A stretch of DNA of 64,000 bases from Octopus bimaculoides (Eukaryota): contig NC_068986.1 in the NCBI RefSeq assembly GCF_001194135.2, forward strand, positions 88,937,913 to 89,001,912, given 5' to 3'. This document shows, piece after piece, positions 52,724 to 64,000 of the stretch (positions within the stretch are counted from its first letter, which is position 1; the number at the start of each line of letters is the position of its first letter). The notes below the pieces were generated by a model, which ran no database searches, was not told the DNA's origin, and saw nothing but the letters and a program-made list of their open reading frames with translations. Both the position numbers and the translations under genes were made by a program.

Positions 52724-53229
52724 AACAACAAACAAGATGAGGAAAATATCCGTCAAATGTAAATAATATAAATGATGTACATAATTCCTCATCTCTTAAA
52801 TATAGAACTGCATTGTTGTTGTTGTGGTTACTGCTGCTGTTATAGTTGTTGTTGTCCTGTAAGGAATAATTATGGCGCTGAACAATACTTAAAAATAAAG
52901 GTAAAGAATTAGACAGTCAATGAGACGTGGGTGAACTTCATATATATATATATATATGCGTGTGTTTCACTGATTGAGGTCGATCAAGTAATCCCGTAAA
53001 TGGCGGTATTCCTAGCATTGATTAGAAGAGTGAGAGCAAAGCGAATCTAATTTATTTACCAAGTGTGAAACATCTCCGTAGATTTTTACTGACATGATTA
53101 AGTAAATTTTTTCTAGGTTTTCTTATATTTTTACACCGTTTTTATTCATTTTTGTTTTATGCTGTTTCTTGCTTTTGCGTTAGTCTGCAATTGAAATGCA
53201 TATGTTCGTATGTGGTTGTGTATACTTAT

Positions 53230-53295
<66 letters not shown>

Positions 53296-53329
53296 CATAC
53301 ACACCTACATGTAGGCATACATACACAAC

Positions 53330-53550
53330 ACACATACATACATACACACATACATACATACATACATACATACACACACACATACATACACACATACATA
53401 CATACATACATACATACACACACACATACATACACACATACATACATTCATACATACATATATACATACACACATACATACATACACACATACACACATA
53501 CATACACACATACATACATACATACATACATACATACACGCATACACACA
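53330..53550. repeat. (CATA)n/(CA)n microsatellite
   Basis: Direct read. Confidence 0.97.
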
Positions 53551-54459
53551 TATGCCTACATACTATCCATGTCTATGGTAGACTGTTACGTACTTATTAT
53601 AACTGCAGTTGCTGTCACTGTCTCAAAAACCACGTTTCCCACTCAATATGGCTACCGAAACGACGGACATGTTTCTGTCTTTTTCTATTTTTGTTTTCTT
53701 TGATTTTTTTTTTTTCTGTCTAAATGTTTTTGTTCTTGATTTAATTTTCTTGATGTTTCTGCTCTTGTCATTGTCTTCCTTAATGCACTTCTTGTTGTTG
53801 CTGTTGTAACCGTTGTTGTTTTGTGTTTCATGTCTTGTTGGACGTTGGGTTTTTTTTTTATTGTTCTCTCATTGGTGTTTGTCGTTGTAATTATTGTTGT
53901 ATATTTTAGGTCATTTTTCTTATTTCTTTATTTTATATTTTCACTTTCATGTGCTTCTTTACTACATTACTTTGAGTTTCACTTAATTTTTTTTCGTTTT
54001 CTCCTATTTATTTTGTATTTTTCTTTCGTTTATTGTTGTGTCTTCTGTTTTTTTACTTTTTATATCATATATTTACTCTTGATTTCGTTCGCTCCATTCA
54101 CATATGTCAGCCTTTGGCTTCTTTTCCTAATATCTCATGTCTCTGGTGTCCTTTTATCATCTTCTACCTCCATCCTCTGCTCTCTATTTGACTTTAGCGT
54201 TACCCTTCTCTCTAACTCTCCAGTCAGTTCATTTTTCTCCTCTATCAACCCATCTTGCCGTATTTTTTTCTCCATAGTTTTCATCGAGTCTTCCATCTTT
54301 GTTTTCCCCGTCCTCTTTGTTTCATCTATCGCTTTGGTAATTTATCTCCCTCTGCCTACCAATATTTTTCTGTCAGACTCTCTCTCTCTCTCTTATATTT
54401 TCTCATCTACACTGTCCCACTCTCCCTCTCTCAAAATACAATATCTTTCTTTCTTTCCT

Positions 54460-55620
<1,161 letters not shown>

Positions 55621-55639
55621 CTTGATAGCCAGAAGGTTT

Positions 55640-56400
55640 TAAAGAAATGAAAGGGCATACTACTGACAGAGCATGCGCCTGATATGCAGTGTTTCCGAAA
55701 CATCAGCGTTCACTCTGACCATCTAGCAAATGCAACAGTGTTACTGCAATACTTGTCGCTTATAGAACCAAGGTGTAATAGTCCTTCCTATTAAAAGCCC
55801 TTAACTGATCAATACTGACCAAGACCTTACCAAAACTTCGTTGGTTTCCCACCTTTTGTCTGATGTATGCAAGAGATGAAGGCTATCGTAGATGGATTTA
55901 TTGGTGATCACACAGGACTAGAATTTCTTAACCAACCTGCATGAGAACAGCAACCAATTTTACAAATGCCTTGAGCAAAATTTTAAATACTGCCTTGAAC
56001 AGACCTACAATTATTTATAATATGCTCTTTGTTGCTGTCTTTCCTGGTAGCGATAGGGCTCTGCAGCTCACAGAATGAGAATTCTACCTTTCTACTGCTA
56101 ATTGCAATACACATTTCTTGAAAGGTTGTGAAACATATAACCATAAATCTCTTTGAGTAGACCATGCAAATCGGGTATTTCTCCGTTTCCAACGGCTCTC
56201 TAACTTTTGTATCAAATTGGCCATTTGCCGAGAACGTTCTCGGATCAATTACGCACCCCGAAAGGTCGAGAAAAGTGCTAAATGGTGACCTTTTCACAAT
56301 GTCGTGCCCCTCCACCCAGATTCATTGAATAGCTTTCAATTCTTCTTATTTTAGCAGAAATCCTTGTTCTGACTACATCGTCTTCATAATAAGCGTTAGG
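55640..56400 (-). mobile_element. Decayed Tx1/L1-clade LINE RT fragment
   Basis: Across frameshifts: PDLHGLLKEIY (cf. KSPGLDGLPYELY), NVYCN.Q.KGRI, RKDSNKEHIINNCRS, KSIYDSLHLL (cf. RSIHDNLHLI), SIDQLRAFNR (cf. LDQSKAFDRV). Confidence 0.65.
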
Positions 56401-56904
56401 TAAATGGCGGGAAGCCATTCTTGTGCCTGCACATCTGTCGCGATCATACAGATGCATTTTATAACGTCTCTTCTATCTTACTAGGTATCTCCCCATCAAA
56501 TCTATTTCCCTCTGGTACTAAACACTATTGACTCATATCTGCTCACATTCTACTGGGTACCCCACCACTAGTTGAAGACTACAACTCCCGTCACTTTCGG
56601 CTTGTCTAGCTCAGCTCACTAACACTATCCCTATGAACATTCAGCCAGGAAAGAAGCGTGAGTCCTATCTAAGTTGACTGTGCAGGCCACAAATTTAGGA
56701 TCTGTCTAGCTGACTAGTTTAAATGGTAGCCACTAGCTAAGTAGACTTACGTATCTATGGTACTCTTTCTTCAATAGGTTAACCCTACACTCCCCTGCCG
56801 TGCATCCACTAGTATGAGAAAGCTTCATGACCCGGAACACATATAGGCAGCTTTGAGTACAAGGCTAACAAACTTGTACAGATGGCGCTCGTCAATTCCA
56901 TCGA

Positions 56905-57140
56905 TCCACATTTGAATGGTGCATTATTTTTTATCAACTTCTGAGGTATGAATGATAAAGTCGACCTCCACGCGATTTAAACTCAGAACATAAAGACAAG
57001 AACGATATGCTGTAAAGCAATTTCTTGGACTTTCTGATGATTCTGTCTACCGCCCTAAACTGTCTCTCATAGGAATGAAAAGCCAGGAATTTTCAAGTGG
57101 GGTTAATCGATACCATCGACCTTAGTACGCGACTGGTATT
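56905..57140 (-). mobile_element. Decayed family A SINE fragments
   Basis: aaagtcgacctcc..aactcagaacataaagac and atcgaccttagtacgcgactggta motifs. Confidence 0.55.
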
Positions 57141-58061
57141 TTATAAGCATCGGTGATAACCCATGAGATGTACTTTTCTCTCGGCCATTATGAAGATCCA
57201 TGCATTATGCATTGGAATAATGTGAATAATAATAATGTTTATAGCTTCGCCATTACATTAATAGTTAACATCAACTTTTATATAAAAACCCAATAAAATA
57301 TTGTAGAAGTTTTAACAGAGTATTGATAAAACTACTTAATGCAATTGTAAATTGACATGTAATTGCATAACCAATTTTAACAATAATAATTGCAGATAAA
57401 TATGCGAATCTGCAATCAAGATTTAGCAGTTAGATATTCTGTAACAACTGCTCATAAATATTTTCCACTTCATTGCATATAAATGCGATATATTTTTGGT
57501 CAAGTGGTTGATTTCCTTAACTGTACATGTTTTAACGTTTGTTCTCTCTTCTGCAGAATAATATCCGGGTTATCAGGTTTACAGATAACAAAAGTGTTAA
57601 TTAGAATGCTGCATCATTATTTTCCCTAAAACTTCTGATTTATTCCATGACATAGATATTTTTTTCATACTTCAACATGGAAGCTTTTTCCGCTCCTCAT
57701 ATATCATATGTCATAGAAGAGTAGGAACGGTGTGGTAGATAGGTTTCAGTTCAGTTAGTTTTTGTTATCTTTTGAAATCGCAAACCAACTAACCCCAACC
57801 CACCTCTCTCTCTCTCTTTCTTTCTCTGAAAAATATGCGAATGTGATAAGTTTACATGTACATTATATATATATATATACTTATATATANNNNNNNNNNN
57901 NNNNNNNNNNNNNNNNNNNNNNNNNNNNNNNNNNNNNNNNNNNNNNNNNNNNNNNNNNNNNNNNNNNNNNNNNNNNNNNNNNNNNNNNNNNNNNNNNNNN
58001 NNNNNNNNNNNNNNNNNNNNNNNNNNNNNNNNNNNNNNNNNNNNNNNNNNNNNNNNNNNNN

Positions 58062-58094
<33 letters not shown>

Positions 58095-58168
58095 CATACA
58101 TACATATATATACATACATACATACATACATACATACATACATACATACATACCTATATACATACATA

Positions 58169-59062
58169 CGAGGTGTGATCAATAAGTGTCCGGACTGTTG
58201 CCATAGTAACGAAGCTAAGGCATGCAGAGTAAAACCACTTGGCACACATTGACCTAGAACTCTATTGCGCATGCGCTCTAAGTTTTAACTTTCTAGCTCA
58301 CTTTCGCTGTTTACAGCAGTGCTTGAAAGTAACGTGTATAACGTGTGATCGTCGCATTGAACATGACAGAGAAAGTTGAGCAGAGAATCTGCATCAAATT
58401 TTGCCAAAAGCTTGGCGATACCTGCTTGGGGGCCTACGTAAAGGTTTCAAAAAGTTTTCATCGTTCTCCACACAATCAAGGAGATCTTGTGCTACTAAAA
58501 CCCCAATGTCATTTTGGTCAGCTAAAGCAGTTTTGGCACAAACTTGGCAGACACGCTTTTCATAGCCAAAGGTTCAGTGATAATGAATTGAACTGAATCG
58601 CAACATATCTGCACATCCTATGATAACTCACGGATGGTGATTCGGCGATTTCCCTTCACAGATGCACGCACATCTGCGATGTTTTTCTCAGTTCTGCTGA
58701 TAGCGGGTCTCCCAGAACGCTCGCCAATATCGACATTTTTTCGGCCAACTTGGAAACGTCTGAACCACTCGTACACTTGTGTGTGGCGCATAAACTCCTC
58801 TCCATACACTTTCTGCATCTTTACGTAGGCCTCTGAGCAGGTATCACCATGACAACTTTCTCTGTCATGGTCAATGCGACGATCACACGCTACACATCAT
58901 CTTTCCAAGCACTATTGTAGAGAGTAAAAGTGAGCTAGAACGGTAACACTTAGTGCGCATACACAACAGAGTTCAAGGTCAATCTGTGTCAATCGGCTTT
59001 ACTCTGCGTGCTTTAGCTTCATTACTATGGCTACAATCCGGACACTTATTGATCAGATCTCG
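58169..59062. mobile_element. Rearranged mariner (irritans-like TIRs) made of two 5' ends in inverted orientation
   Basis: TA-cgaggtgtgatcaataagtgtccgga ... tccggacacttattgatcagatctcg-TA. The plus arm encodes MTEKVEQRICIKFCQKLGDTC from 58363. The minus arm starts MTEKV at 58868 and continues MQKVYGEEF..RSGRP..ENDENFLK. Confidence 0.9.
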
Positions 59063-59694
59063 TACGTACGTACATATATATACATACACACGTATGTGTG
59101 CGTGTGTGTGTTTATGATGTTTATGTAAATGTTAAAACAAACGATAGTCTTTTAAAACTAGTTTAGCAATATTAACGGAACGGTTACGAATGGGGTGTCT
59201 CAATATTGAGAGCAGAACCGAATTTATTGTAAAGTTCAAGTGGACAGGAACTTTACGTTTCACTTTTGAGATCCTTCAGCCTGTAAAAATAGTTTCACTT
59301 TCTGAGATTTATATATAGGAAGACAAGAGTTATGTTTCATTAAAAGATAAGAATTAGTTGGAAGAATTTTGCATTTCTTGCAAAAGAAATACAATCAAAG
59401 GAACTTAATTTCCCTTAAGATATCAAAGTAATGAATTAGTTTGAATACCGCAGTGGTTACGTTATTGTCAACACATTCAGCCAGTACCCAAAAGTTAATA
59501 TAACTATTACCTTTGTTCATTTTATTAAATCGATTTATAATTGTTTTGATATGTTTTCTCCTAATTTACATAACTTATTTTAGAGGTTTCTTACGGTTTT
59601 TATTGTTTTAAGATTTTTATATCCAAACATCATATAGCATTTATAGATTTCATTAATGTAGAGTATGTTTTAATTTTTCGATTCTCATGTAGTA

Positions 59695-59909
59695 TTAGTT
59701 TCAAATTTTGGCACAATACCAGCAATTTCGGAGGAGAGGTTAAATCTAGTACATCGACTCGAGTGCGCAACTGATACTTATTTTATCGACGTCGAGAGCC
59801 TGGAAGGCAAGGTCGAATACGGTGGAAATTGAACACAGAACGTAAAAACGAACGAAATGTTACAAAGCATTTTTCCCTGCATGTTAATGATTCTGCCAGC
59901 TCACCGCCT
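59695..59909 (-). mobile_element. Decayed family A SINE
   Basis: gatacttattttatcgac..gaaggcaaggtcga..gaacacagaacgtaaa..ttctgccagctcaccgcc. Confidence 0.75.
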
Positions 59910-60352
59910 TATTCTAATGTAAATTTTGTTACATACCCAATCTCATTCAGAAACTTTTTTTTTTTTAAATTCAATATACATTCCAACTGGCCCATTAACA
60001 GTCCTTAAGATAACATTGTTAAAGTTGGTACGTGCAACAAGCAAACAGAATTATGCACATTTATTTCTTTATAATTTAGTACAAATTGTAACATTCGTAA
60101 CCTTTCAGCGGTCATAAAAAGAACGGAACAAAGTCTGAATTAGAACTGAAACCCTTTGAATGAAATAAACTTCCATTCGCAGCATAGCGATTGCCCTATT
60201 ATAAATATTCTCATCAAGATTCAATGTTTAATCAGGCTCCAGAATAAGACAGCGCCAAGTCTTATAGTGGAATATGGTTCTGTACCTTGCAATGGTACTG
60301 ACCCAAGACCACACCGTTAAAAAGCAACTTTCTTAATCACGCGCGCCCGACC

Positions 60353-60383
<31 letters not shown>

Positions 60384-60464
60384 CACACTCACACACACAC
60401 ACTCNNNNNNNNNNNNNNNNNNNNNNNNNNNNNNNNNNNNNNNNNNNNNNNNNNNNNNNNNNNN

Positions 60465-60510
<46 letters not shown>

Positions 60511-60828
60511 TATGACTGTACGTGCATGAGTGCGCTTGCGTGTGTGTGTCACAATGTTGCTATCGGTCTCTCCCTCACTATTTATCTCCGTAACAGTACA
60601 CACACTCGCTCATACATATAGATGTACTCACATATATGTATATATATATGTGTGTGTGTTTGTGTGTGTGTATGTGTATGTGTGTGTGTGTGCGCGCGAA
60701 CGCATGCAGGCATATTTGTATGTATGTGTGAATATATGTATGTTCATTTCTGCAATCTCTACGTAGCGATGTTCACTATCATTCTAAAAAAAAAAAGTAA
60801 TAGATAAAGAAGTAAAGATAGTCACAGG

Positions 60829-60874
<46 letters not shown>

Positions 60875-61769
60875 CTGAGGGAGAGAGAGTGAAAAGGAGA
60901 GAGAGAGTGAAAAAGAGAGAGAGAGAGAGGGGAGGATTTTGTTGTTTAGTAAAACACAGAAAAACAAAAGCTAATATACGGACTAAACACAAACGAAAAC
61001 AATGAGCTAGACGGTGAGTGACGAAGAAAATCAAATGAATAAAAAAAATTATAAATATTCTCCTAAAGAAGGTTTCCCAGACAAAATGGCGGTATCGGAG
61101 TTAAATACTTCTACTTTCATTTTCTAAGGAATACGTTAACATTGATTGCATTTGCTGTCATTGCATACTAAATTTTACTTAGCAGTCCTTCGTACACACC
61201 TCTATATCTCCTCTGTGGCTCTGTCTATTTAGATATCATTTTGTATTAACGATGTCTGTTGTTAGTATGTGAGAGTGCGGTAAGTATCACCGGTTAGGTG
61301 TGTGGATGCCTATAGGGTGTTAGTGGAGGGGAATTGCTTTGGATTTCTTCGTTTCAATTATATATTTACACCGGGATACTTACATACTCATAGAAGCACG
61401 CATATGTGTGTGTCTGTGCGTGCGTAATTACAAATATATACTTGTAAACCCTCACATAAATATATATAAGCGTGTGTGTTTGAGTGCGCGCATTCTCGTG
61501 CGTACTCACGCAAACAGAATTCAATAGAACGTACTCATAGTTCTTTTTTTTACATACATAGATACAAAACTGATAATATACAAATATACACATATATATG
61601 CCTATCTACACAGTACATACATTTATACATGCATATATTCGTGCATGCATATATACATGAATGCATTCATTCACACAGATATGTAAAAATGAACATACAT
61701 ATATACATATATATATATATATTTCTCAATTACATAAGCATACATGCAGTTATGCATAGGCATATATAG

Positions 61770-61872
61770 ATACAAGCATACATGCATACATACATACATA
61801 CATACATGCACACATGCATGCATACATACATACATACATACATACATACATACATACATACATACATACATA
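61770..61872. repeat. (CATA)n microsatellite
   Basis: Direct read. Confidence 0.95.
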
Positions 61873-61973
61873 CTTTCTCAGACAGAAGCATTCCGAAAAT
61901 TTAACTAGTTGCAGAAATAAGAGGAGGTAAATAACGATGATGATGATGGTGATGATGATGGTGGTGGTGGTGG

Positions 61974-62004
<31 letters not shown>

Positions 62005-62439
62005 TTTGGTGCTGGTGGTGATGATTATGGTGAACGTTGTCGATGCTGATGCCGTTGACCAGAAGAACAATGAAATGAAGAAGATATGAGGAAGATTAGA
62101 GGGTGAGGTGTGACTGGTGTGAACCACTAAACAATAAATACTAATGAAACACGAAACCAAAACTTACCATTCTAGAACGGTGAAGGGTGTTCACTTCTTA
62201 CATATAAACCATGCCTTATTTTCAATAATGGTAAGATGTTTAATGTTTCCACATTTCGATCTGAACAATTGATTTTCCTATAAGACCTGTCAGTATGTCT
62301 ATCAATCACACAAACTGAATGACGATTTCAAAGTTTTTTCTTCATTTCTGTATGCACAAAAGGTATATAAGTGTGAGTGTATGTGTGTGTCTGTATGTTT
62401 GTTTGTGTTTCCCTCTGTGTTTGTGTAAGTATGCTCGTG

Positions 62440-62767
<328 letters not shown>

Positions 62768-63083
62768 CACACACATACAGATGTGGGGATACAGAAAGAT
62801 AGAGAGGTAGATAAAAAGAGAAATAGAAAGACTTATACATAGATGATTCAAGAAGTGTTATAAAGAGACAAGAGTACTATATTTATATGTATATACACAC
62901 ACAGACCCACATCGCACTCAAGCAGCCACGCGCCCATATGTGTATATGTATAGATATTTCTTACTAAAGGTTTTATGGTACCTATATAATCTAATCAAAC
63001 AAGAGACGTTATACAAATAGAGATTTTCTGCATACACACTTCATTTAGTTAATATGGAATGATCGTAAATGCAGCTAATATCG

Positions 63084-63730
63084 ATTTCAAATTTTGGTAC
63101 AAGCCCATTAATTTCAAGGACGTGCTCAAACGGTACTGATTTTATCGACTGCGAAAAGCTGAAAGGCAAAGTCAACCTCGGTTGAATTCGAACCCAGAAT
63201 GTAAAGACGGACGAAATTCCGCTAACAATTTTAACTGACATGCTAACGATTCTACCGCCTTAAATGTAGGTAATATTCTTTTCTACTCTAGGCATAAGCC
63301 CGAATTTTTTTTTGTGGGGGGGGGTGCAGTCGGTTAGATCGACCCCAGTACGCAACTGGTACTTAATTTATCTACCCCGAAAGGATAAAAGACAAAGTCA
63401 ACCTCGGCGGAATTTGAACTCAGAACATAAAGACAGACGAAATACCGCTAAGCATTTCGCCCGGCGTGCAAACGTTTCTACCAGTTCGCCGCCTTAAACG
63501 TAGTTAATATTCATTTATTGCTAAGGCAGCGAGCTGGAAGAAACGTTAGCACGCCGGGAGAAATACTTAGCGGTATTTAGTCTGTCTTTTCGTTCTGATT
63601 CCAAATTCCACTGAGGTGGACTTTGCCTTTCATCATTTTGGAGTCGATAAAATGAGTACCATTTGAGCACTGTAACCGATTTTCTGCCTTCTCGAAATTG
63701 CTGGCCATGTGTCAAAATTGGAAACTAATG
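63084..63730. mobile_element. Three family A SINEs: two on minus (63084-63262, 63275-63496) and one on plus (63522-63730)
   Basis: Family A head and core motifs in each copy. Confidence 0.87.
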
Positions 63731-63967
63731 TTAAAGTGTTGTTTAGAAAGATATATAAAAACTGTAACGAGTCTTCGTGGAGGGTCGCTGGGCGTATGTT
63801 ATCTAAAGAAGCTATAAGATGTTCGATGAACTCTCAGCTTTGGATGTATGCTTACTTATAGCGTTAGTGGCTGTATGCTAATGAAATTATGGAACGTCTG
63901 TTCTTTCGTCATTTACTGCGTGATACACACATACACACACACACTTATATGTATGTATATTGGTATG

Positions 63968-64000
<33 letters not shown>

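Larger units (their letters stand above)
52284..52810 (+). mobile_element. Family E: tRNA-headed SINE with (AAT)n linker and hammerhead-containing tail (two plus-strand copies and one inverted head)
   Basis: A box tggcgcagtgg 52291-52301, B box gagttcgattcc 52326-52337, (AAC/AAT)n, then body. The tail acacctga.ga.ggctggagggtatatca.ccgaa..gtt.tgttaac.acaaacaagatgagg occurs twice. Inverted head at 52568-52645. Confidence 0.85.

Noticed and set aside
59250-59285. ctgaagg..gaaacgt hammerhead-like spacing on the minus strand
   Set aside because: The core has G at A9 and stem II does not pair.
61082-61092. YY1-like CAAAATGGCGG promoter motif
   Set aside because: Single short motif; the following ORF is only 13 codons and there is no other promoter evidence.

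Overview
Eukaryotic, AT-rich, microsatellite-saturated DNA from a gapped short-read assembly (16 N-runs, nearly all bordered by simple repeats). The SINE families and repeat landscape suggest a cephalopod, probably Octopus (inference). No host gene can be identified; only weak candidate exons are seen, and almost all ORFs in the supplied track are translations of microsatellites or N-runs. The window is mostly decayed mobile elements: several tRNA-headed SINE families (here labelled A-E), two different R4/Dong-type LINE fragments lying in microsatellites, a Tx1-type and a CR1/jockey-like LINE remnant, a probable RTE 3' end with three intact C2H2 fingers, four mariner derivatives, Tigger/pogo remnants, a hAT MITE and several inverted-repeat elements. 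The most unusual signals are hammerhead-ribozyme folds: two in a tRNA-headed SINE at 52.3-52.8 kb (Penelope-type minimal hammerhead) and a type I hammerhead with palindromic stem III at 9949-9998 (minus). Also notable are a mariner built from two inverted 5' ends and several long inverted repeats that could form dsRNA.
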